A stretch of DNA of 64,000 bases from Stegostoma tigrinum (Eukaryota): NCBI RefSeq assembly GCF_030684315.1, contig NC_081385.1:19993247-20057246 (forward strand). Direction: 5' to 3'. A program made the position numbers and the translations under genes. Shown here piece after piece: positions 49,251-60,566 of the stretch (position 1 is its first letter; every line of letters begins with the position of its first letter). Under the pieces are notes generated by a model. The model worked only from the letters and a program-made list of their open reading frames with translations. It did no database searches and was not told the origin of the DNA.

Positions 49251-50308
49251 TTTGTTTGGATTGACTGACATAAAATTTGCTGTTGTAATTTGCCTTTTAA
49301 AAAATTGTGACGTACATACTGAAAATCAGTTTGCTCAATGGGATAGTTAGGACGTGCTGACAGCTAATTCAATTAACAATATGTGGCAGATACATTACCA
49401 GACAAAATCTAAGCTAAACAGCCCATCGAGTCTATATTATTTTACTAGCGCCTCTCCGTTTACAGAGAGAAAAACAGAGTTTAAGCTTTAAGACCTACAT
49501 TCCCTTCAGAACAATATTAACTGTTTTCCTCTCTCCAGATGCTCCCAAACCCAAGTTTCTTCAGCACTTTGTTGATATCCCTTGATTTTTCTAAGTGTTT
49601 TCTAAGTGTTTCCTTCAAATGATTTTGCATCTTTGGCCTTTGCAACATATTCATTTAAGCTGGACTTGAAGATTATGTTGCTTTGTTTCAATTTTCCCCA
49701 AGAAGTTTCTCCATTTAACATTGTACATCTTGGGAGTAAAATCTTTCAATTTCATTTTCAGATAACATAATTATACCAAATCTTCTCATAGCTCAATTCC
49801 TTAATCGTGGATGAATTTTTACTTTCATCACATTTGGACATCACCAAAGCTAGTATTTGTTGATCTTCCCTAAGAAGTCCTTCTCAAAAGACTAGCACAA
49901 TCTTCTCAACAGATTCAGCATGAACTGTACTAAGTCAACCTTTTCGGTTTCCATTAGGCTTTGTTATCCTACATGCCAAGCATTTAATCAAATACCTCAG
50001 GTCGCTTGGGTTAATAAAAATCTGGTCACTCGCACATATACTGTTTGTGGGTGCTTCCTGTGTATACAGTACATCAATGGCGACTTCAGAATTTCTTCAT
50101 TGGCTGAGGATCTGTATGGACATTAAACATGTTATAGAAATGTAAGTCTGTATGTCTTTGCTCTGATCTCCTGACTCCGCTTGAAACTTCAAACGTGCCA
50201 CCTCACACATCCATTGGGTTAAAACAAGTAAATGAACCCAGCTGTGTGCCGTTCTGAGGAAGGAACATCGGGATAGAAACATTAACTCTGTTTCTCTCTT
50301 CACAGACC

Positions 50309-50955
50309 CCGTCCCGTCCCTCCCCCCACCGGCGCTGCCCCCCCCCCCAACCGTCCCACCCCGACCCTCCCAACCTGTCCCGCCCCACCACCCTGTTCCG
50401 ACCTGCCCTCCCACCCTGTCCTGCTCCGCCCCTCCCCACCGTTCATTCCCGCCTCACCCCCGCCACGTCCGTCCCACTCCTTCTGCCCGTCCCTACCCTC
50501 CCCACCGCCCTGCCCCTCCTCCCTCCCCAACCCCCGCCACGCCCTGCCCCATCCCTCCACACCCCACCCCTCCCACCACTACCCTCCCCTCCGCGCCGTC
50601 GTGCCCCTTCTGCTCCAACCCCCACTCTTCGTCCCACCCCACCCCCACACTCACCCCGCCCGCATCCCCCTGCCCACACCCCATCCCCCCGCCCGTACGC
50701 CCCCCCAACAGCCCCCGCCCCCCGTCTCCCCCTCCCCCCGCCCCCCCCTCCTCGCCCCGCCCCGCCCCCGTCTCACCCTCGCCCCGCCCCCCGTCTCACC
50801 CTCGCCCCGCCCCCCTCGCCCCGCCCCCCGTCTCACCCTCGCCCCGCCCCCCTCACCCCGCCCCCCGTCTCACCCTCGCCCCGCCCCCCGTCTCCCCGCC
50901 CCCCGTCTCCCCCTCGCCCCGCCCCCGTCTCCCCCTCGCCCCGCCCCCCTCCCGC
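50309..50955. repeat. C-rich low-complexity tract with short degenerate repeats (ctcgccccgccccccgtctcac)
   Basis: About 650 bp of C-runs, G-rich on the ANAPC13 sense strand. Confidence 0.9.
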
Positions 50956-50983
50956 CGATATACCGTCCGGGACTCTCCCTCAC

Positions 50984-51310
50984 CCCCAACAATCCCGATG
51001 AACGGTCCGGCCTCTCCCTGCCTCCCGGTCCCCCCCGATGAACGGTCCGGCCTCTCCCTGCCTCCCGGTCCCCCACGATGAACGGTCCGGCCTCTCCCTG
51101 CCTCCCGGTCCCCCACGATGAACGGTCCGGCCTCTCCCTTCCTCCCGGTCCCCCCCGATGAACGGTCCGCCCTCTCCCTGCCTCCCGGTCCCCCCCGATG
51201 AATGGTCCGGCCTCTCCCTGCCTCTCGGTCCCCCCAGATGAACGGTCCGGCCACAATCAGTAAATAATTGGAGTGAAGTGTTTGATTTCCGATGGAAGCT
51301 CACAGACTTT
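50984..51310 (-). other. ANAPC13: Probable non-coding exon 1 of ANAPC13 (5' end approximate)
   Basis: GG|gtgagg donor at 50984/50983 followed by G-rich intron-like sequence; no minus-strand ATG in the repeat. Confidence 0.5.
50995..51252. repeat. 40-bp minisatellite, 6 full copies plus a partial (gatgaacggtccggcctctccctgcctcccggtccccccc)
   Basis: 'aacggtccgg' recurs at 51001, 51041, 51081, 51121, 51161, 51201 and 51241 with few substitutions. Confidence 0.97.
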
Positions 51311-51315
51311 CAGGC

Positions 51316-51412
51316 GATAACAGAGTGTGGAGCTGGAGAAGCACAACAGGCTAGGCGGCGTCAGAGGAGCAGGAAAGTTGACATTTCGGGTCGGGGTCCT
51401 TCTTCCGAAAAA
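51316..51412 (-). mobile_element. PLE terminal fragment inside the CpG island
   Basis: 'gataacagagtgtggagctgga...cagaggagcaggaaagttgacatttcgggtcggggtccttcttccgaaa'. Confidence 0.7.
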
Positions 51413-51670
51413 GGCTCCGGGCAGTGATTTTGCTTCTCTCCGCGCCGCGAGGTTGTTGCGGCCGTTTCCGAGTGAACAGCACTTTCCTTTCAGTTTTATT
51501 TTGTGCCTGTTCAGTTTTCCAGCCTGTCTCGCCCCCCCTCTCACTGACAAACTCCATGCTCGCCTCCTCAGCCGTGAGGTTTGTTTTCGTCGTTTTCTTT
51601 CCTGAGCCGACAAATAACGGAAAGGCCTGAGCCATCCCCTTTAAGTCGGGTGGCCCTTTCCCTTTAAGCG

Positions 51671-51683
51671 GTTGCCTAGTGAC
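51671..51683 (+). promoter_or_regulatory. RFX X-box-like motif GTTGCCTAGTGAC
   Basis: Fits GTNRCC-N-RGYAAC with one mismatch; 22 bp before the probable THYN1 exon-1 donor (TCG|gtgagt, 51705). Confidence 0.5.
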
Positions 51684-52724
51684 GGAGGCGGGAGGCCCAG
51701 GGTCGGTGAGTGGATTGCAGCGGGGTAGGGGACGGCAGCATTCACAGACTTCAAACAGCACAGTTAAAGTGAAATATCCCTGTGAAATGAACATTTGAAT
51801 TGTAATATTGAAGAGTGTAGAGCTGGGAAGTGTGGCTGGAGTAGATTTAGTGTAGTTCTGGTCGGACAGACTTGGTTGGCTGAATGACCTTTCCTGTGTT
51901 TTATGTTTCTGTAAAATGTGGGCACCAGGGGCATGGCCAGCATTTGTTGATCACCTTTGCCTTTTTAAAAAAAACTTGAATGGTATTTCAGAGGGCAGTT
52001 ACGAGTCTACCAGATTTTTGAGGGTGAGGGCGGCATATGTCCTTTCGTCAGAAACTTTGGTAGACGGATTTTTAATCAGCAAGGGAATCGAGGAAAATGG
52101 AGTTAAGGAACATCAGACAAGCTGCGATCCCATTGAGTGGTGGAGCAGACTTGAGGGCCGAATGGCCTACTTCTGCTCCTGCGTATAATGGTCTTACTGT
52201 CTTAAAAATCCATCTGGTTCACCAGTGGTAATTCCTGACACTAACCTTCAGTTCCAGATTGTGAAACTCCAGATTGTTAAATTCCAGTTCTTTTGGTATT
52301 AACATTTTTGATTTTTTTTAAAAGTAGTAATCTTAACAAACAAGGACTGGCTGAACGTTTTCGTCAAGGCGACTTGGAAAGACTTAGAATTCAAGCAACA
52401 AAGGACAGATTTCCACTTAACAGCACCTTTTACAAATTGAGAATGGCACAAAGTGCTGATTAAAGGATATGAACAGCATGACTTTGTATGTTCCCAATGG
52501 CAATCCACTGAATTAGTTTACATTTGCTAACTTTGAATAGAAAACTGAAGCGTAGAAATGTCATGTTTTGAAATGAAATTGATCTGTAGTCTGATGTAAT
52601 ACCAGTCGATCACATGTCTGAAGAATTCGAATGATTACGTTTTCTTTATTACAGTAATCCCACAGTTGTCTTTAGTTTTGTGTTTGGCACACTGGAATCT
52701 TGTGATTGGTGTCGACATCAATCT

Positions 52725-53200
52725 ATCCAAGGGGATTTACCAGGGTGTTGCTGGGAATAGAGGGTTTGAGATCTAAAAATAGATTGGCAAGACTGGGACT
52801 TTTTTCACTGGTGAGTAGGAGGTTGAAGGGTGACTTCATTGACATCTATGGAATAATGAGGGTCATAGATAAGGTGGGTGACAAGGGTCATTTCCTGAGG
52901 GTGGGGGAGTTCAAAACTAGGGGACATATTTTTAAGGTGAGATTAAAAATTCAAAAAGGACATGAAGGGTAGCTCTTTTACACAGAGTTGTTTGTGTGTG
53001 GACTGAACTGCCAGAGAGTGGTGGAAGCAGGTATAGTTACAACGTTTAAAAGTCGTTTGGATAAGTTTGTGAATAGGATAGATTTGAAGGGATGTTGGCC
53101 AAGGACATGGGCGACTCGGACTAGTTTAGATTGGGAATATGATCTGTATGGACTGGTTGGACCAAAGAATCTGTTTCCATGCCGTATGATGCTGTAACTA
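52725..53200 (+). mobile_element. CR1 LINE 3' fragment
   Basis: FTRVLLGIEGL...LGLFSL..RRLKGD..IYGIMR...TRGH.FKVR. Confidence 0.85.
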
Positions 53201-54891
53201 TGTTTTGGGAATATACAAGGTCATTGCACCATGTTTATATTCTCTGTTCAACACTTGATAATTCTTGCTGAAATTTTCTGCTTATTTGGACCTGAAACAA
53301 CTATCGTATACTTAACTCAAATTGCTGATTGGAAAAAGTGTTTGACAATAAGCTCATTCAGAACTACATTTCCAAATCCAAGTTTCTGTGGAACTGGAAT
53401 GATAAGCTGTGAAATAGTATTTTTACAGAATACAACCATTTGTGGAACAACTGAAATTATTTTACTGCTGGCCAGCTGCAAATCTCAGAGGAGCCAGTCT
53501 TAGTGGAAGCATCAGGTGTCAAGGTGCACAGTGAATTTGCATTTTTCTGCCTTTCAAAAAAAAAATTGGGAAGTTTTCCAATTCTCAGAATATAGTGGAT
53601 TTTTTGGCTTACTTGGTAACATTACTATTTGAAAAAATCATTGCGTTGAACAGTAGATTGAACAATCATTGTGCCTTTGACATAAATTCTCCTGATTTGC
53701 CTTCCTCAACCACAAAAGAAAAAAACTTCTGAATATTGTCAAGCTTTTATGAAAATGTTTTGCAGTTGAGTGATTCCAGTTTTCAACTGGATTTTAGGGT
53801 ACCTTTTCACAAACTTTGGTTGCTGTAAGAGTGTGCTTGTGATTCTGCTGAAAGTAACTTTAGATAATAGCAGGTACTTTCTGGGGCTCAGGATTTCATT
53901 TATTTTTCTGTCATCAGTCAAGAATGCCTTTGTACTTTGGCTCAGATCTTTGTTGAATACATTTATTGTTAAAATGTTGGGCTGCAGTGATCTTGTGAAG
54001 AAGTTTACAGCAACAGGGCTATGGAGGTGTTGGCATAATCATGCACTCAACTTCCTACATCTCATCTAGATTCCCTAGCTCGCTTGCTAGACCCATTGAT
54101 TCCCAAAATCAGCTTTACCATGTATGGATCTTGATCCCACCATCTTTAGCTCCCTAAATTTTTGTCGTGATGATCAGACAGCTAATATTAGCATGTATTC
54201 ATTTTAATTGATTCATTAATTTTAAAACGAAATGATAGCAGTTAAGTTTGAACAATCAGTCTGATCAATAAAATATATGTATCTTCATTATTGTGAATAG
54301 TCAGTTGTTTTCCATCTTGGAATCTTGGTTTTATTGCATTAGTTGATTGGGCCTGTGTGTTTTGTAGTACATGGACTTTTGTGAAGTTTAAATGAATTTG
54401 AAATAAATGTTTCCTGGATTCAGATTAACACCTGATAGATTTGCTAGGAAAATAACATTTTGATAGCTTTTGTTAAAGTGGTTTATTGCTGTTTGGGGAA
54501 AAATGTTCAAATCTCTGTAGTAGAAAATCAGTGACATGTTTGTCATATATGCTCCCACAGATAAGTGATGATGTGTTTTAACGTGATTTCTGAACAAAAA
54601 AACTTCAAGAACTCCTTCAAAATGTGTTCTATAATTGATGGTGAACATTGACTAATGGGATTGAAATCAGTATTGTGGTTTAATAGTATTTTTATTACAA
54701 TTTCCATATAACCATGTTGTCTAATATTTTAAACATTTTGCTCAATGCTGATGTTTGGGGAACAGTTTTTCCTGTTCTGGAATCTCAATGCTATTTTGAC
54801 AGTCAAGCTCGCTTTGTTACAATGCGGTGTTTCATTGGCAATATTATATATTTTTCTCATTATAGGATACAAAAAGGTTGAAAAATCAAAG

Positions 54892-54934
54892 ATGTCTCCA
54901 AAAAACAAAAAACGTGGTGGAAATGGAAAATCAA
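54892..54934 (+). CDS. THYN1: THYN1 first coding exon (MSPKNKKRGGNGKS); exon starts at 54866
   Basis: cattatag| acceptor; basic NLS-like start; A|gtaata phase-1 donor compatible with the next exon. Confidence 0.7.
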
Positions 54935-56224
54935 GTAATACTTTTTCCTATGTTTTGCTAGTGATTCTATGTTCAGTGATGATGGTAACTTAATGTAATG
55001 GCTTTGTAACAGATGAGCATCAAGGAATGATGTATTGCGACTGTGATGGTTATAACAGAGCCATTCTAAGAGTTTCCCTTTTTGCTAAATTATAGGAAAT
55101 TATATGGGGAATGTTTATGTTTTTGAGCTTGTTATAATTTTCTGCCAGTTCCTTCCATGTTGCTGTCTTTTTGAATCCACTGGTCCCTTGGTTCAGTATA
55201 GCTCCAGAGTTTAGAGCATCTCTATCCCTCTTTAAAGATGATAATTATTCATGCATCACCTGACAGTGGATTTCAGCAGGATATTTATAGAGGGTGGCTT
55301 TACACCTGAGACCACTCTTCTGTCAGATGCTTGCACAGATGTTTGGGTGCAGTGTGGTATTGGTAGGATAAGCAACAATGTGTGTGTTCTGAAGTCACAT
55401 GTTGCTTTCTGCACGAAAACCTAAATAATCTTGGCCTTTACTGTCAGCTATTACTGGCTAAATTCAATGAATTATCAGGTCATGAATGTGGATGATTTTC
55501 TTGAAAAGCTTTGAGGTATGATTTATGAATAGATCTTCGTGTATTTGCAGAGTGGTGCAATGTGGTTGAATGTGAGTTCATTTTCAATATAGCAAGTTCA
55601 CAATCACAAGGGTATATGTGCTAATGATGACCAGGCACATTAATTTTGGATTGGGGAAATAATCAGAGTTTTTAGCAGCCAGAATGAAAAAGCAGCAGTT
55701 TAAATCTCAATATTTTACCTGTAATTTTGAAGTAATCTGATATCACATCAAGTTCCTTTCACTTGCCACCCACATGCTCATTGACCTTCATTGCAGCAAT
55801 GCTCAACCAGCAGCCAATGGAAAAATTCTCATCCTTTTGTTTTCAAATATCTCTAAGGTCTTGACCCTTTCTGTCTCTGTAACTTCCTCAGCTCCAATTA
55901 TTCTGATCTTTGTGCTGCTGTAATTATGGTCTTCTGTGCATTCTTAATTTCAGTTAGTTCACAGTTGGTGGCTGTGCTTTTGGCTGTCTAGGCCCTCACA
56001 TCTGGAATTTCTTTAAATCTCCAGCTCTCAAAGGGAAGAGGGGCTTGAAATCTTTAACCAAGTATTTGGCCATCTGCCTTGTGTCCTCCTTGGAGAAAAA
56101 GGAAACTGATGGGAGTTTTGATGGGGGTGTACAAAATAATGACTGATTTGGATTAGGTAGTCAAGGAAAATTGTATTCCCATTAGACGATTATAAAAACT
56201 ATGGAATGCAGATTTAAGATTTTG

Positions 56225-56700
56225 GCAAGAGTGTACAGAATCCTAGAATTGTTACAGTGCAGAAGGAAGCCATTTGGCCCATCTTGTTTGCACTAGCTCT
56301 TTGAGTGAGCAGTTCACAGTGTTGTTCTTCTGACCTTTCTTGGTAAGCCGCATTTTTTTTTCCAAGTAATCGTCTAATTTCCAAGTGAATTTGGCTGTAT
56401 TATGCACTTAAGGACTGCATTCCAGATCTTAACCTTTTTCACATATGAAGTGGTTTTCTTTCTATCACTTTTGCTCCTTTTGTCAATGACTTTAAAACTA
56501 TCCATCTGTTTTCCAATCCTGTCAAGAAACAGTCTCTCCCTATCTACTCTGTTCAGACCCCTCATCGTTTTGAATAACTTCATTAAATCTCCTCTAGGCC
56601 TCCTTTTCTCCAAGGAAAATGGTCTTGAATTCTGCAAACTGTCATCATACTCGAAATTACTCATCTTCTGGAACTGTCCTCATGAACCTTTTCTGCACTC
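56225..56700 (-). mobile_element. Decayed CR1 3' fragment
   Basis: FSLEKRRPRGDLMKLFKTMRGLNRVDRERLF...IWNAV in ORF 56374-56664. Confidence 0.8.
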
Positions 56701-56704
56701 TGCT

Positions 56705-57210
56705 CAAAATAAGAAGAGGATAATTGGAAAGTTCCTCATGTGATGTCATGGTAGTATCCATACCCCTGGACCGAGATACCTGGGTTCAAGTCCCACCTGC
56801 ACCAGTGGTGTGTAATAACATCTCTAAACAGGGTTATTACAAAGATAAGTTAAATTGAAACAAATTAAGATACATTGGACAGTTCTTCTGGCACAGTTCA
56901 GTTGTCCCTACCTCTGAGCCAGGTGGCCTGGGTTGAAGACCCACCTGTTCCAGAATTGTGCAATAACGTCTCTGAACAGATTTTTTTGGAAGCTTTCTAG
57001 AGTATGAGCCACATCTGAACAGCAAAGGAACTTATTAAATAAACTTTTTTGAACTATAATAATAGATGCATTGGAATGGGTTTGTGGTGCAGTAGTAGTG
57101 TCCTACCTCTGGAGTACAGAAGCCTGGGGTCAAGTCCCAACTACACTTAGCTGTATAATAACGCCTCCAAACAGTTTGATTAGAAAATATGAAAAAGAGG
57201 ATACTTTGGG
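56705..57210 (+). repeat. Three diverged tandem units with tRNA-like heads
   Basis: 'tagt.tcc.tacc.ctg...cctggg..(c/g)aag.ccca....taataac..ct...aacag' at ~56740, ~56890 and ~57085. Confidence 0.7.
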
Positions 57211-59282
57211 GTAAGTTAGTCATTGATTCAGAAGAATGGGTGATTTAATGGCGGAGGATAAAGAAAAAAAGTAACACAGGCAATTTGCTGGCAGAAAAAT
57301 TGTTCAGTGATGCGTTTCTAATATATATTTCTTTTATATGTGTCTAAATATGTATTTCAAGAGGACACATTGGTTGAGGAGATGGTAGTGTAGCAGTAAT
57401 GTCATTGAACTAGAAATCCAGAACTTGGGATAATGCTGTGAGGACATCGATGCAAATCGAACTATAGCAGTTGTAAAATTTGAATTCACTTAATAAATCT
57501 GTAACTTTTCTTTTAAAAAAGAGGGTACATTAGTGGAATATGTCTGACTAGTGTGTTTTACAGAGAACTAGCCTCGATTCAGTGTCCTCCTTCGCTCCCA
57601 TGAATGATTCTTGAATTTGTGCTATCATTTAAATATACTGAATCTTAAACTGTAATTGAATCATAAATGGCTGTGTCATTGGATGAAGGCCACTCGACCC
57701 ATCCTGTCTATGCCAGCCCTCTGCAAAAGAAAGTCCGTTAATCTCACCCCTTCTGCTGTTTCCACATAGTCTTGCAAATATTTTCTTTTCAAAAGATTAT
57801 CCAACTTTCATTTTTGCAAGTTCTAATTTTATCTGCCTCCACCACAGACTCCTGTATGTATACTTCTCAAGACTTTATCCATGTTTCTGCTGTTCTGTCT
57901 ACATCTCTATTTGAGGACTCGGGGCAATTAGCTGCTCAATGTACACCACCATGCCGCCACCTGTGATTGCTCTGTCCTATCAGTAAGTCAGGATGCATCC
58001 AGTACGATATGAGGGAATCAAAACAAATAAAACCGGGAGCCAATAGAAATTGCATGGAAAACTGTCCTTTAGTTGGAGTCTATACTCACGAAAAAGGAAT
58101 ATGGTTGTGTTGTCGTTGATCAATTATCTTGGTTCCAGTATTCTAAGAGCATTGTTGTTCAGTTACTTCACCAATGATCTTCCTGCCATCATAAAGTCAG
58201 AAATGGGAATGTGCACTGATGATTGCACGATCAGCACTATTTATGACTCCACAAATAATAAAGTGACCTGGCTATGTCTGGAACATAGTCATACTGATAT
58301 TGTCTCTAATATATGATTCTGTCAGTTGTTGTTTGACTCTACTGTGGAACAACTCTTCAATCGGGAATGAGGACTTAACAAAGTCAACAGGGTGGAGTTT
58401 ACTGTTTTTGCTTCTGTTGTCTAGGTGTCTGATTGTCCATCCAGTTTCATTCCTTCTCTTAAACTTTGTTTTATACAAAGAGTAGCTTGTTAGCTACTTT
58501 TGAGAGCATTTAAGAGTGGACCACATTATTGTGGGCTTGAAGTCACATGTAAGTCTTACTAAATATGGTTCGCAGCACTCCTTCCCTAATGGGCAGTGGT
58601 GAACCACATAGGTTTGTGTAATAAGAGACAATGGTTTTCGGTCAGCATTAGACTGGATTTTACAAAGATTTTACCATTTGAAATTTTACCATTCACCATG
58701 GTGAGATTGAAACCTGTGTGCCCGGAATATCAGTGTGGGTCTCTGATTACTGATCCGGGGACATTACCAACAGCCCACCACCTCTCCCTCTCATTAAATA
58801 ATGCCATTGAACACCCCTCAGCTATTGGATGCTGATAAGTATATATAAAACAGCACCTTCTTTCCCCTGTGCACTGAGTTTCCACCTGCACCAAATTCTT
58901 AAATTAGCAACCATTTCACACAGCCCATAGGTCTTGTCATTTCCACTCTGCAGCGAACTTTTGTAGAGGCTGGTAGCTCAACTGAAGTTGTGACTGCTAA
59001 GTTAGCTTCCTTTTGCAGTAACGAATACCTATTTTCAGGTAAGAAATTTCAATTGATTGATTACTGCTACTCTAGATGGATTCTGTTAAACTAAGCTTCT
59101 TAATTAGCTTGCAGGTTTACATTCTCAGTTAGAGTCTGACTGCATTATTATCGCTTGAAAGAGATTATACCGGGATCAAATTTGTAAGTCAGCACTTATT
59201 TGTTGTCAAATGCATGTCTTGTTTCCACATCTGTGGAAAATATGCTGCTCCTTCCCTGATGTTGTTTGTCCTCTGTTGCTAG

Positions 59283-59485
59283 TAGAATTATCTGAGCCAA
59301 CTGCTAAATCTGCTAAAAAATCACTGGATAACTCAACTGAAGATGTAACAATAGAAAGCTCAACTGATGACAGTAGAACGGTAGCAAAGTCATCAGGAGA
59401 GGATAAGGGCAACAAAGAGACACACAGCTTTTGGCTGATGAAATCAGAACCAGAAAGTCGAATTGAAAATGGTGTTGATGTGAAG
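59283..59485 (+). CDS. THYN1: THYN1 exon (ELSEPTAK...HSFWLMKSEPESRIENGVDVK)
   Basis: EVE-domain signature WLMKSEPESR.E.GVDVK; AAG|gtaatg donor. Confidence 0.95.
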
Positions 59486-60497
59486 GTAATGTGTTATTCT
59501 CATAAGAGGGCGATTTACAATATTATACAGAAGGAATTGTGATGAATGTTGAATTAGGTTTCTTAACTATTGTACAGTTTTTGGCTCCTTACCTAAAATA
59601 GGATAAAAATACATACACAAGAGGAGAAGGTTCACATGTTTGATTCTTGAGATGAGAGTTGTCAGGAAAGAACAAGTGGAATAGGGTGTTATTCCCTGGA
59701 ATTTAGCAGAATGAGAGCTAATCCATAATTTCTTTTAGATTTCATCACAGGGTGGATCCTGCAAGGCTGTTTGCAAAGCTGGGCAGTCTACAGGTATGGG
59801 GTCAAAATCTCAGATAAGGGATCAGCCATTCACTAGCGTGGTCAGGAGATATTTCTTGTATCAGAGCTGTAAATATTTATAATTCTCTACCCCAGAGGGC
59901 TAATCAATATGGTTTTGTTAATATATTCAAGGCTGATATTCTTAAGGTTTTTGGAACCCAAGCCAGTTAAACGATATGAGGATTGTCCCGAAAATGGAGG
60001 TGGTGTAGAAGAAGTAATATGACCTGCACCTGAATTGCTGCTTAAGTTCTTCATACAATTTCATTGGTTGTGCTTTCCTTCTATTTCAAAGCACTGATCA
60101 CAACCTAAACTTGTAAAAAAAAATTAACAGTTTCAATGGCGTTCATCCTAAATGTTTAATGGAGGGACAGTTAAATTACTGCATTGAGAAAATTGAGGAT
60201 GACCTTGCTCAGCAACCAAATTCCAGCCCATTTTAAAACATGAGTAAATGTGAACCTAGTAGTTCCGTAATTTCCCCTGAATTTAGGCTTGTGCTTTTTG
60301 GTGCAGATGTGTGGGGGATTGTGCACAGAATGGATGGAAGGTGAAGGTGAAAAATTAATTGACAAATAGGGTCATTTCTTACTCTTGTGAAATTTTAGTA
60401 TTTACCAAATAAACTTTTCTAGTTATTACTTTGAAGGGGAAAATAAGATAAACAATTCTACATTATAATTAAATTCTTTCTTTGATTCTGTTCTTAG

Positions 60498-60566
60498 TTT
60501 GGAGTTGAGGATTTGAAGGCCCAACAAAATCAGACTGCATGTTGGGATGGTGTTCGAAATTACCAG
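60498..60566 (+). CDS. THYN1: THYN1 exon (FGVEDLKAQQNQTACWDGVRNYQ)
   Basis: ttcttag| acceptor and CAG|gtataa donor; 69 nt; WDGVRNYQ motif. Confidence 0.97.

Larger units (their letters stand above)
50300..51740. promoter_or_regulatory. CpG island and likely bidirectional promoter of ANAPC13 (-) and THYN1 (+)
   Basis: The most extensive CpG-rich region of the window; outward-facing donors at 50984 (-) and 51705 (+). Confidence 0.8.

Noticed and set aside
50995-51252. CRISPR-like array
   Set aside because: Contiguous units with no unique spacers, in a vertebrate context; it is a minisatellite.
50097-51303. Gly/Arg/Pro-rich ORFs on both strands
   Set aside because: By-products of stop-poor low-complexity and minisatellite DNA.
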